Shown here: positions 41,986 through 54,869 of the stretch, piece after piece
How positions within the stretch are numbered: position 1 is the stretch's first letter
Layout: each line of letters begins with the position of its first letter
Assembly (NCBI GenBank): GCA_964016885.1
Contig: OZ024741.1
Span: forward strand, 252,836,001-252,900,000
Direction of reading: 5' to 3'
DNA: 64,000 nt
Source: Eledone cirrhosa
Lineage: Eukaryota
The notes under the pieces: model-generated
Databases searched by the model: none
Told to the model about the DNA's origin: nothing
What the model saw: the letters and a program-made list of their open reading frames with translations, nothing else
Program-made: the position numbers and the translations under genes

Positions 41986-42077
41986 TGTTATACTTGGGGA
42001 GGGTAATATTTGTGTAATATTGCCAGAATTAATAACAGAACACACTCACTGTTTGGTTGGTTTTCGCTTCATCGCCG

Positions 42078-42137
<60 letters not shown>

Positions 42138-42215
42138 TTACACACGAACTACTGACCAAATAATATTTAGTATCAATGAGTTAAAGACATCAGTCAAATC
42201 AGTTAGTGGTGAAGG

Positions 42216-42270
<55 letters not shown>

Positions 42271-42470
42271 TATATAGGAAAATGTTCAAGGCCCCGACGG
42301 CAGAGCTCAAGCCATTTCGACGGCTCTTTCTGGTCCAGAAATAGCCGTCGAAACGGCTTGAGATCTGCCGTCGGGGTGTTGAACATTTTCCTATTACCCA
42401 CTCTACTACCCTAAGTATTGAGTACTCTGGTGCGTTATAGTCCACCTGGTTCCTTTCCACACTTCCTTCG

Positions 42471-42511
<41 letters not shown>

Positions 42512-42772
42512 TATATATATATATTGAGTGAGTGTGAAATATTTAGGGTCAAGTCATTATTGAAAGTCACTGGATTTCACAAAATACATAATATTTTTTA
42601 TTGGAGAAGGTAAGATATTTTTTATGCAAATATTTGAATGCACTGTTTTGTTTTCACTTATGTATTTTTGAAAATGTTATTTATTCATTATGAAAATTAA
42701 ATGATAGCATTCTATATGTAGGTGGGCCCCCTTCATCTGGCAACCAATATTTTTAGACCTAGTCCACCACTG
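41635..42772. mobile_element. hAT-like non-autonomous DNA transposon containing nested insertions
   Basis: TIRs CAGTGGTGGACT / AGTCCACCACTG with subterminal GGGCCC repeats. Confidence 0.75.
42274..42473. mobile_element. Fold-back element family (also 1889-1941, 35811-35949, 37498-37688, 45517-45710)
   Basis: Palindrome centred in gacggct(a/c)tttctg-gtc-cagaaatagccgtc, followed by GAAAcggc..gccGTC^gggg; tail with ATTGAGTACT. Confidence 0.8.
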
Positions 42773-43120
42773 TTTATATTATTACAACAATATGCCCCCC
42801 CACCCCCCACCCCCCTAAGTATAAATGCCAATCTTTGTATGTTTGAATCTAACTGACATGCAAAAACATATATATAGGAATAAGGTAAGCCCAGATCATA
42901 GTAGATTCAAATATCACAGAGAGAAAGAGAGAGGGAGAGAGGGGGGTGGGGGTGGAACAGAAATGAAACATGGATTACAGGTTAAAAGATAGTCTAGATA
43001 GATGTGAAACAAAACGAAGAAATAGTTTATGGAACACCCAAGTGATTTAGAAGTCGACCTTAAGTAGGAATAATAACATTAAGAAAGACATGAACGACAC
43101 CACAACACTTTGTTTTGACA

Positions 43121-43435
43121 ATTTTGAAAGTAGGTTTATAAGTATGAATTTTCATAAGATTTTCGTAGTTGTCTCTGTGGCCTAGTGGTAGGTACTAGAG
43201 ATTGTGGAGATCCTGGCCTTGGGTTCAATCCTAGTCAAGAGGTGCATGTAACCTTTTTCAGTTTTTATTTTACAACCCATAGAAAAAAATTGAAAAGTTT
43301 TGTCAGGAACCCTACTCCCTACCAGGATCGAACTTCAGACCAGGATCACCACCGTCTATGATTCCTCCAACTAGGCCACTGAGACAGCTACAAAAGTATA
43401 ATGAAAATTGATAATTATAAACCTACTTTCAAAAT
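43121..43435. mobile_element. Inverted-repeat element with two convergent tRNA-like heads
   Basis: Outer arms attttgaaagtaggtttataa. tRNA-like A/B boxes at 43171-43243(+) and 43313-43386(-). Confidence 0.6.
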
Positions 43436-43578
43436 CAAAGTTAAAAAGATAGATGGTTCATGGCTTTCCTAGAGCTACTAGTAGGTTTCCCGAAGCACAA
43501 TCCACAGGATTTTAACGGAAAAGTTGCAATATTGGCAGTTGCAATATCGGAAGGAGACCTTACTTTTGGGATTGCCCT

Positions 43579-43637
<59 letters not shown>

Positions 43638-43639
43638 CT

Positions 43640-43931
43640 GATGGTAGCTAAGATGCTTCCATAGGCGGTATGCCGGTTGAGCACTCTATGTTCTTACAGA
43701 GCAGAGTGTGATATAATATAAAACGAAAAATCAGTGATGCATCTGAACTCAATTTATTGTGTGTTACAATTGTTTCATCGGCAGACAGCTCAAGACACGA
43801 ACTCACAGAGAAAATTTGATCCGAAATTATTAGAAGTGTCCGACGTACCTGTAGATCCAGAATCAGACAGATCCACACAATGATCGTGTCTCGAGCTGTC
43901 ACAATAAATTGAGTTCAGATGCATCACTGAT

Positions 43932-43932
<1 letters not shown>
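43640..43932. mobile_element. Inverted-repeat element; relative at 7290-7522
   Basis: Shared atggtagcta...cttccataggc start, GAGCACTC motif, GAAACAATTGTA palindrome, internal inversion. Confidence 0.65.
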
Positions 43933-43962
<30 letters not shown>

Positions 43963-44480
43963 TATATAATATATAGTAATATGAGTAAACTGGAGCAATG
44001 TGAAATAAAGTGTCTTGCTCAAGGAAACAACACATCACCCAGTCTGAGAATTGAACTCACAACCTCTCGATTGCAAAGCCGATGCTCTAACCACTAAGCC
44101 ATGTGCCTCAATGCAGGTTGTGAGTTCAATTCTCAGACTGGGTGATGTGTTGTTTCCTTGAGCAAGACACTTTATTTCACATTGCTCCAGTTTACTCAGC
44201 TGTAGAAATGAGATAATAGGGACTGGGGGTCCATATCATTCCACTGCAAAGTGGTCGTGGAGGTGCCACGGCAAAAAAGCACCCAGCACTCACTGTAAAT
44301 GAGGTTGGTGTTAGGAAGGGCATCCAGCTGTAAAAATCAAGCCAGAATCAGTTCCCGTCCCACCCTTGCAAGCAGGGAAACGCGGACATAAAATGATAAT
44401 GATATATATATATATATCCAGGGAGTGTAACTGTAACTTGGAGTTACTGCAGGTTCAACCGGGAGAGCACTCTAAATATA

Positions 44481-45420
44481 TTAGCTAAAGTACCCGTCCT
44501 TTGGACGGTTCAAGTAGCTTTCGATGTAGCTCATTAAACTAAACAAAATAAATTTGAATACATAGAAGAAAAACGTACTTTATGTAAACATGAAAACGTT
44601 AGGCACTATTCCAGCGAAATAATTAATATGTGAGCTCGGTGTCATCCGTTATACCATGTAACAACAGAAATCCAGTCTAGGTATACATTTTTTGACAACA
44701 TTAAAAGCGCATCATGAAATAGAGAAGTGAATAATAGACACTATTGTGTACATAGGTTGGAATAACAATACAGATTGGACATAACAGGGGGGAACTGATG
44801 GATGAGCAAATCGTTATAAAAAGAGGTTGTGTCAGAAATGAAGTCTAATCAATGCGAAAAAATAGAATAATTTTAAGTCTTTGATGTATAAACCATCCTT
44901 TAGATAAATTTAATCATAATATTGTAAAAGTTATGACATCACTTAATGTATCAACATCAAGCTTGAAACGATAAATTATACAATGTCAAATCTATAACTT
45001 AACTTAGTAATCTGTTAGAAATTGCTGGTTGTGAAATATACAAAATGATATTGTTAGTCTCAAGGAAGCGTACCTTTTGTTTCAAGTACAAAGAGTAAAG
45101 TAAAATCCGAATGAGCCGAATTGTAATAATCAAAATCCCAAAACAAAATTTTTGACATCAAAAATGAATTCCTATTGTATTGATGAAAGATAACTCATGT
45201 CTTACTTAATCACGAAAATTGACACAAATAACCGAAACTTTTTTAATGTCTCCAAAGGTCCCAATGTCGATTTTTGAAAGCCTTTGTAGATCCTGTACTA
45301 GTTTTGTGCAAGGAGAAGCTCTGTAAAAAATTTCAAAGAAATTGCATGAATGGTTTAGAATATATGAGCCCTCATTAAGAATTGTCCACACACACACAGA
45401 AAACTTCAACTTTATATATA
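44481..45420 (-). mobile_element. Non-autonomous Helitron-like element
   Basis: Minus-strand 5' TATATATAAAGTTGAAGTTTTCTGTGTGTG and 3' hairpin ccgtcc-aaa-ggacgg about 10 nt before CTAA. Confidence 0.6.
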
Positions 45421-45425
45421 TACAT

Positions 45426-45471
<46 letters not shown>

Positions 45472-45708
45472 ATATATATATATATATTTTATATATATAT
45501 ATTATATATATATATATAACGAAGGAGGTGTGGTGAGGAACCAGATGGACCATAACGCACCAGAGTACTCAATACTGAGGGTAGTAGAGTGGGTAATAGG
45601 AACATTTTTTACCCCGACGACAGAGCTCAAGCCATTTCAACGGCTAGTTCTATCCAGAAATAGCCGTTGAAACGGCTTGAGCTCTGCCATCGGGGACAAA
45701 CATTTTCT

Positions 45709-45787
<79 letters not shown>

Positions 45788-46536
45788 GTGTGTGTGTGTG
45801 TGTGTATATACATTATATGAATATGTATATATATAATATATACATAACCAAATGATAAAGATATATATATATAGAGAGAGAAAGAGATATATATTGTATA
45901 AGAAAGATGGTATACTGTATATATACCAAATACACAGGCACATGACTTAGTGGTTAGAGTGTTGGTCTCTAACCAATCGAGATATTGTGAGTATGATTTC
46001 TGGACCAGGCTGTGTGTTGTGTTCTTGAGCAAGACACTTTATTTCAAGTTGCTCCAGTTCAGTCAACTGTAGAAATGAATTGTGACATCACTTGTACCAA
46101 GCTGTGTTGACCTTAGCCTTTCCCTTGGACAACATCAGTGGCATGGAGAAGGGAGACTGATATGCATAGAGGACTGCTGCTCTTCTACAAACAACCTTGC
46201 CCGGACATGTGCCTTGGAGGGCAACATTCTAGGTGCATATCCCATGGTCATTAAAGACCAAAGGGGGTTTTATACATATATATAAATATATATTAGAAAA
46301 ATCAAGGTTACCACTTATATTCATTTCTTTATTTCTACATCCATTTCAATACGATTATATGGTACATGTATTTGCAGAACAACTGGAAATGATTAGGTAA
46401 CAATTAACTACACCTCACATATTACCTAGAACTCACATATCCCCAGGAAATTATAAAGAACAAAATTAAGGTTTACCAATCTTATGTATATATCTTGTAT
46501 CTCTCAACCATACATATATATATCTTCTACCCCTCA

Positions 46537-46604
<68 letters not shown>

Positions 46605-47204
46605 AGTGGAAGCTTAGTAAAATTGAAGCTTTGGCTGTGGGTAAGCAAAGTCGACCTACAATAGGAATGAGTTAGCAAAGCACCCAATAAGGGTAGGTCC
46701 ATAGAGTAATAACATACGTTTAAATAGCTTGACAAATTGAACATTGCGGTAGGCAAAACCCAACCACACAATACCAAAATAACGAAAGACTAACAGGTTA
46801 AAAGATACACCTGGACAAATCAAACGATTTACGTCTAAAGTGTTTCTATGAATCCAAAATCATTTATCCAACTTACGTAACACGCACGCTCGTGGTATTC
46901 CGTGATCGAACAGAGGATTCATTTCATCAACAGGGATTCCGTTCTGCCTCAAACCGGTGTGAACAAACAAAATGTGGCCGCTAAGAAGGCAGCCAGCGAA
47001 CACTTCGTTGTCACGTGTTATTTCCAACAATGGAAGCAACCCCGGTTTTTGGCGGATAAATTCAAAGTGTTAACAAGGGAAATATTATAATTTCCGCTCA
47101 AACATTCCGAATAAAAGGTCTCAACCAGATGTTATTAAACAAACACAAATAATTAACCAATCAACAGAATTGTCTATATATATATATATATCTTGTATCT
47201 CTCA

Positions 47205-47317
<113 letters not shown>

Positions 47318-47959
47318 TGTCTCTCAACCTTATATATATATATATATATCATTCCATCTCGTGCTGACAGACTAATGTCCAAAATGCTAACAATCTTTTC
47401 CTACTTTATCAAGTGTTAAAGTAATATATATCTGCATTATACTATATCATTCCCCGCTATTGAGTTTCTGTTCACTTTTCATATACATATGTATACATTA
47501 TTGCCCTTGTATATTTTGTTTGGGTATTGTCACTTCATGGCTGTATTGAATTGAGTTTGCTCTAATTTCAGAATTTGCTCCTGTTATTAGGGCGGTGGAT
47601 TGGCAGTATCGGTAGAGAGCCGGACACCATGCCTTGCAGCATAGTTACGGCTCTTTACGGTCTGAGTTCAAATCCCGCCGAGGTTAACTTTGCCTTTCAT
47701 CCTTACGGGGGTCGATAAAATAAAGTACCAGTAATGTACTGGGATAATTGCTGGCCTTGTGCCAAAAGTAGAAACAGTAATTATAGTACAAATTGTTTAG
47801 CGGCTGGTTCATTCTTTTTTCAATTTGCAAGGAAATTCGTATTTTCCAGCATGTTTCACACATTTCACAGAGGATTGGCTGAAGGTCAGCCATGGAAGTT
47901 ATAGACCCAACTCCAATATCGATCTGCTCATCACACTAGTGATTCAACAAACACTTTAT

Positions 47960-48260
47960 TTTTGTTGATGTTGAGGATGAGGATGGTGGTGATGATGGTG
48001 ATGATGATGATAATACAGATGATGGTGATGGTGACAATGAGGATAATGATGATGATGATGATGATGACAATAATGACATTAATGACAATCATGATCATCA
48101 TTATGATGATGGGCGTAGTGGTGGTGTTGGTGATGGTGGTGGTGATGAAGATGATGATGATGATGGTGATGATAATGTTGATGATGACGGTGATGGTGAC
48201 AATGACAATAATGATGATGATGATAATAATGAAAATGATGATGATCACGATCATCATCAT
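47960..48260. repeat. (GAT/GGT)n microsatellite (another at 49120-49320)
   Basis: Direct inspection. Confidence 0.9.
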
Positions 48261-50159
48261 TTTATTCTTGGATTGACAGTATCAGTAGAGCATCAGACAC
48301 CATCCTTCATGGCATAGAGTTACGTCCCTTTATGTTCTGTGTTCAAATCCTGCCGAAGTTAGCTTTGCCTTTCACCCTTACGGGGTCGATAAAATAAAGT
48401 ACCACTTATGCACTAGGGTCAATATAATCGATTTTCACCTACCCCAAAATTGTTGGCCTTGTGCCTAAATCAGAAACCATTATTTTTTTCTAACTGGCGG
48501 TGGATTGGCAGTATCGGTAGAGGGTCGGACGCCATGCTTTCCAGCATAGTTACGTCCCTTTATGATCTGAGTTCAAATCCCGCCGAGGTTGACTTTGCCT
48601 TTCATCCTTACGGAGTCGATAAAATAAAGTACCAGTAATGCACTGGGTGGTTGCTGGCCTTGTGCCTAAAGTAGAAACAATTATTTTTTCTAAGTTGCCT
48701 TTCATCCTTACGGGGTCGATAAAATAAAGTACCAGTAATGCACTGGGTATTTGCTGGCCTTGTGCCTAAAGTAGAAACAATTATTTTTTCTAAGCTGGTA
48801 GTGTGTAGTTGAAGGAATTTACCTACTATGTCTAGCAGGTTGACAATTTGTGCAGAAGCCTCCCTCATTGATACAGTAAGTGTGCTGTGTAGGAGGATTG
48901 TTAATGAGAAGGGTCTGTGACCTTTATATCTCATAGCTATAGTATTTGGTAGGATCAATGGAGCCCTGTAGTTCATAGGTATATTAAGGAGGGGTAGATA
49001 ATGTAAAGGGGACTGTGACCTTTATTTACATCTCATAGCTTCAGAATGTGGAGGTAGGATGAAAGAGACAGTATTGGTGAGAGTGAGGGTGAGGGTAGTG
49101 GCATTGTAAGCAGGGGGAGAATGTGGTAGTGGTGGTAATGATGGTGATGGGGGTGATAATGGTAGGGGTGGTGCTGATGATGGTGTTAGGGGTGGTGGTG
49201 GAGATTGTGGTGATAGTTTTGGTAATGGTGGTGGTGATGGTAGTGATAATGGTGGTGATTATGGTGGTGGTGGTGGTGGTGGTGGTGGTAGTTGTATTAA
49301 TGGTGATGGTATTGGTGGAGAATATTATAATCCTTCTCTTTCATTCACAACCGAATTTGTTTTTATTTCTCACTTTGTCTCTCATAGTCCAAGTTAGATA
49401 GAATGATGGTTTCATTACTCCAAAGGATGTTAAAACAGATTTACTGGAAGAACTCGTTCCACTTGCAGGGCTCATTCTTGTAATGGGGTCTCCTTTCAGC
49501 AAACAGTAAGTTGGGAAATGTTTATTGAGCACATTACGGCAAATATTTCCACTGGTGTGATTTCAACAATAGAACCTATGAAAGAACAGCTGATACTTTG
49601 TAGGCTTCTGATCTCCAGCCTGTCAGATATCCAGGGCCGGACTTTCACCTCCTCAAGCCCTAAGCTATATGAAATTTGCGGCCCTTCTCTAAAAGATTTT
49701 GGGTAAAAAATTTTAAATAATTATACAGACCTCTCTCATAATAGGACCAACCAGATCCATACTGTAAATGTGGTTTGTATTAGGAAGGACAGCCAGCTGT
49801 AAAAGCCCAGCCAAAATACAGTTCTGTTTGAGCAAGGTACGACTTGGCCAAATGACCTGACCCTCCTCATAATAGGACCATCCAGTTCCACACTGTAAAG
49901 GTGGTTTGTGTTAAGAAGGGCATCCAGCTGTTAAAAATTAGCCAAAATACAGTTCCATTTGTGTGCCTGTGACCAGTGTATATAGGTCACAGATATGTGT
50001 GTATATATATATATAACCAAAGATTAATATGGTTTGTTGATTAATCAATGAATACAATTTTACAATAGTAAAATATGTGTAATAAAATATATATTTTGAT
50101 TATGAGAATATTTTTCATTTATTAACATTTTGAATAATATATATATATATATTTATCAT

Positions 50160-50205
<46 letters not shown>

Positions 50206-50207
<2 letters not shown>

Positions 50208-50540
50208 TCTAACTTCAAAAAACGAGACAATCACTTGATCACCTATAGATCAGGGAGGGGAACACGCCAGTCAGATAGATTATATCCTTACCAGAAGACA
50301 TGACAGAGTGTCTGTTGTAAACACTAAATCCCTGCCCCCTGAAGAATGCACCTCCCAACATAGACTCATAGTTAGCGACCACATAATCAGGACGAGATGT
50401 ACTCGACAACAGAGGAGGACTATCCCCAGGAGAAAAATATGGAAGTTAAAGGACCCCACAACCAGTAATAAATTTAAAAGCATATTACTTGATGTTTTTG
50501 ACAGTAAGGAAGAGCAATTAGAGTCGTACAATGTCGAGTA
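50206..50540 (+). mobile_element. RTE LINE APE endonuclease fragment
   Basis: SNFKKRDNHLITYRSG...SQIDYILTRR...EECTSQHRLIVSD. Confidence 0.8.
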
Positions 50541-50940
50541 AAGGTTCTCAACGGGGGGTGGGGGGGCGTTTCGTAGCTCCAGGGAGGCATTATGCAGTAA
50601 AGGGGTGTTAGGGGGCGTTATGCAGTAAGGGGGCGTTTGAAATTTTGAGGGCGCTAGAAGCCCCTTTAGTTTGGTAAGTTTTATAAGTCATATTTGTATG
50701 TCTCTTAGACAGTCAGTGATTTGAACAAAGAAAATAAATTAAAGAAGCTTGTCAACGAATTCCCTAGGGAGATAAAAGAAAATCAGAAGAAATCAAAGAC
50801 AGTGAAAGTAAGGAGTACTTCAACAGAAATGACAAGAAGAAGCAATGGTGGTGAACATACACACACATACATACATACATACACACACATATATACACAC
50901 ACACAGGCCGGCGTTAGTGTTTGATGAAGTTAAGAACCTG
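50538..50940. mobile_element. Probable hAT-like MITE
   Basis: AGGTTCTCAAC ... GTTAAGAACCT imperfect TIRs, GGGGCG subterminal repeats; truncates the RTE fragment. Confidence 0.45.
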
Positions 50941-51133
50941 GTCAGCTTTCAGCCAGAGGTGTGGTATTAAACTCCCTAGGTAATAAAATCTGGCGACAAA
51001 AATTTTCTCCTTACCAAAAAAAGAAGACATAGATCATATCAACATCCTTACACACTTAAATATAAATGCATGTATATATACAAATGTATAAATGCATAGC
51101 TATATACATACGTAAATGTATGTATATATATGA

Positions 51134-51172
<39 letters not shown>

Positions 51173-51280
51173 AATTAAAATACTAGAGTGCTTTTGAGTA
51201 AAACACACTCGTCGTATTATAGAAATGACAGTATAGGGTATAGCTCAATACAGAGCCGAAAAATTATTTAAAAAAAAAAA

Positions 51281-51334
<54 letters not shown>

Positions 51335-51411
51335 ATCTACATACATACATATATACATGCATACATTTACGTATGTATATAGCTATGCATTTATATTTAA
51401 GTGTGTAAGGT

Positions 51412-51442
<31 letters not shown>

Positions 51443-51466
51443 ATAATATATATATTATATACACAC

Positions 51467-51582
<116 letters not shown>

Positions 51583-51584
51583 TG

Positions 51585-51700
51585 TGACAAGAAGCTTGTT
51601 TCCCAACCACATATTTCCGGGTTCAGTCCCACTGCCCGAGCCGACCAAAGCTGTGAGTGGATTTGATAGATCGAAACTAAAAGAAGCCCGTCGTATATAT
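51585..51700 (+). mobile_element. tRNA-derived SINE family 3 fragment
   Basis: cccaaccacat..ccgggttcagtcccactgc...aagaagcccgtcgta; degenerate relatives ~8985-9050 and ~26620-26705 (minus). Confidence 0.5.
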
Positions 51701-51779
51701 ATATATGTCTGTGTGTGTGTGTGTGTATGTGTAGAAGAGGGGTCTCAAACTCAAGGACACAAAAGGGCTATTACGTCCT

Positions 51780-52535
51780 GGAGGAGAGGCACAGTGTGTA
51801 GGAAAGGAGTAGGCAGAAACTCCATTTTATGTCCTAAATGCAAAGTATGGGTGCATAAAAGATGTAGTGGGATGACAGGTAAGCTAACTAAGAATATAGA
51901 TTTTATATGTGGCCGGTGCTCAGGTGCAGTAAGTAGCAGTAAGTGCCCACAGATGGTTCTATAGAAATAGTGAACACCTTCGTTACCTGGGTGACAAAAT
52001 CAGCAGTGGTGGAGGGTGCTCTGAAAGTACAGTAGCTAGATTCAGAACAAGATGGAAAAAGTTCAGAGAGCTTATACCACTATTGGCTGCTAAAGGTTTC
52101 TCTCTACAAATGAAAGGCAGGCTGTATGATGCCTGCATACGAACAGCAATGTTACATGGCAGTGAGACTTGGGCATTGTGTGCAGAGGATATATGCAGAC
52201 TGGAGAGGAACGAAGCTTGCATGCTCCGTTGGATGTGTAATAGTAATATACGTGAACGGCAAAGTGAGAAATTAGGAATAAGAGGGATCAGATGCTGTTT
52301 ACTCGAGAGAAGACTACGTTGGTATGGTCACGTGATGCGCATGAAAGACGACAGCTGTATAAAAAAGTGCAGGGCAATAAAAATAGACGGTAGCCACGGA
52401 GTAGGCAGACCCAGAAAAACCTGGGACGACTTGATAAATTCCGACCTCACACACTTACACTTCTCTAAGACAATGTCACTGGACCGAGATCTTTGGCGCT
52501 ACGCAGTAATACAGAAGACCCGCCTTGCCTAAGTA
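51780..52535 (+). mobile_element. RTE LINE 3' fragment with Cys-rich (PHD-like) insert
   Basis: CRKGVGRNSILCPKCKVWVHKRC...YLGD...KGRLYDACIRTAMLHGSETW...RRLRWYGHVMRM. Confidence 0.85.
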
Positions 52536-53823
52536 CAAAGCGAAACCTGCAGTCAGTAGGCACCTCTTAACAAAAATACACCCCCGTCCCACTACCCCCA
52601 CCCCATCCACACCACCCCTTACGATGTAAAGTTATGTTGGTACCACAACATCCAGTCCTAAATAAATGAGGTCGTGTAGGTGTCACGACAAAAAAAACAG
52701 TTCACGCTGTAATGTGGCCTTGTAGGTAACATGGTAAAAACCTCCTAGTCCACACTATAAACGTGGTCGGTGTTAGGAAGGGCATCCGCCGTAGAAAACC
52801 CGCCAGACAGTCCTATACGAGCAGGACAACCAATCTTGCCTCAAGTGGGAAAATTCGCGTCCAAACCCATGCTAGCGTGGAAGATGGACGTTAAACGATG
52901 ATGATGATGATGATCATCATCATCATCATCATCGTATTACGTCCGTTCTTCCACGCTAGCATGGGTTATACTGGTTGTCCTGTTGTGGGCAGTGTCCAGT
53001 CGGCTGACCTTGTCTTGCTCATACAGAAACTGATTCTGGCTTGATTGCTACAGCTGGATGCCCTTCCTAACAGCAACCTCATTTACAGTGAGTGCTGGGT
53101 GCTTTTTTGCCGTGGCACCTACACGTTCACTTTACAGTGTGGGCTGGGTGCTTTTTTGCCGTGGCACCTCCACGACCACTTTGCAGTGGGAGGGTGTGGG
53201 GTCATATTGTCTATATGCTTCAGCTTCAGCTTCTTCCTCTGGGGGGGGGGGGGGTCTTCTATATTATATATATATATGTATAGACACACACACAGATATG
53301 CCACACCCAACTAGCCAGACTTGTCTCATAATGTAAACAGCCTGTCTGACCCATGCAAGCATAGCAATTAAAATGTTAAATGATGATGATGATGATGATA
53401 CATGATTATTATTTTGTATGAGTTACGGCCCTTGCCATTCTGAGTTCAAATCCCGCCGAGGTTAACTTTGCCTTTCATCCTTACGGGGTCGATAAAATAG
53501 AGTACCAGTAATACACTGGGTTATTGATGGCCTTCTTCCTAACGTAGAAACAATTATTTTGTATGATTACATAATATATATATATATATATATATCACAT
53601 ATATTTTTATTGTTTGACCCGAATTACTTGGTCGTTTGTTTTGGTTGTGCGGATGATCTGTTTAACCATCATCTCAGTGTGTTTGGCCCTTAACGTATGT
53701 TGTAGCTCTGATTCACATGAATCATCGAGCGCTTGCCACACATATCGGACGTTGATTTTCGTTAATTCCTGAGCTGAAATACGATTCTCGCTAATTTATA
53801 TTTGTATATATATATATATATGT

Positions 53824-54016
53824 AGATCCCGGGTTAAATCGAGGATAACCACAGTAAGTAAGGTACTCAATACATAGCAGTGTAAAAGTAATTTAATATA
53901 GAAATTGCTTCTACAGGACTAGAACTGTTTCATTCGGTGGAAATCATCAGAAAGGGCTTTCTGATGATTTCCTCCGAATGAAACAGTTCTAGTCCTGTAG
54001 AAGCCATTTCTATATA
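53824..54016. mobile_element. Fold-back element with two divergent hammerheads
   Basis: Palindrome centred ~53955, left tail, (TA)n flanks. Confidence 0.8.
53955..54005 (+). ncRNA. Hammerhead ribozyme, back-to-back with a minus-strand copy at 53907-53954
   Basis: ggcttt-CTGATGA-tttcctccgaat-GAAA-cag ttctagtc ctg-TA^gaagcc. Confidence 0.85.
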
Positions 54017-54173
54017 AAATATATATATAAATATATATATATTTATTTTGGTTAGCTGGTTCACCACCGGACAAAACTGGTCACTCCGCATGGTCAACCT
54101 CGATGTAATATTATGGAGAGTAGAATTTCAGCCCCATGGATTTTATCTGTTATGTTCCTTTCTTATATTTCGA

Positions 54174-54231
54174 ATACCTGATGATATCACCGGATTCATA
54201 CTGAGCCCGGTCATTGAAATGATCATAGTAT
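54174..54231 (+). ncRNA. Type I hammerhead ribozyme
   Basis: atac-CTGATGA-[tatc accgg..ccggt catt]-GAAA-tgatca-TA^gtat; palindromic ATGATCAT helix III. Confidence 0.8.
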
Positions 54232-54869
54232 AATAAACCTTTCAAGGATTTACACCAGTCCAGCATATATATATATATTAATATATATATATTAGTTTTG
54301 CGATATATATATTATTAATTCTGGCAATATTACGCAAATATGACCCTCCCCAAATATAACAATATATATATATATATATATAAAAATTAGAATTGGAGCT
54401 CTGAAATAGCAATATATATATATATATATATTTCGTTTCTGAATTTTTTTAGCAAGATTCTTTATCTGAAAACGTGTGTTGAAACCGATATTGTTATGCT
54501 TTGGGAGGGTCAATAAGAAACAGACGCACCAGTTGCTTTCACTCCAATTTATTATAAATTAAATTTATAAATTTAAGAATTTATAAATTTCCGGTTGGTT
54601 GGTTCCACAACCTGACGATTGTTCAGATATTGTCAAAGTTCTTTCGTCACACATTCTGTGACCTCTTCAGTGACTGGGGATTCTTTTCTTTGTTTTTGTG
54701 CCTCTCCTTTGTTCTGTCCTACGCCATCTTGTTTTTGTGTGTGTTGTGTGCTTAGTTTGCGCATGTGTTACATCCGGGTGTCTGTGTGTGTTTATATTTG
54801 TTTATTTATTTGTTTATTTACATGTTACTGGTTGGTTGTTTGTTCTATGTGTGTGTTTTCATTTTGTCC

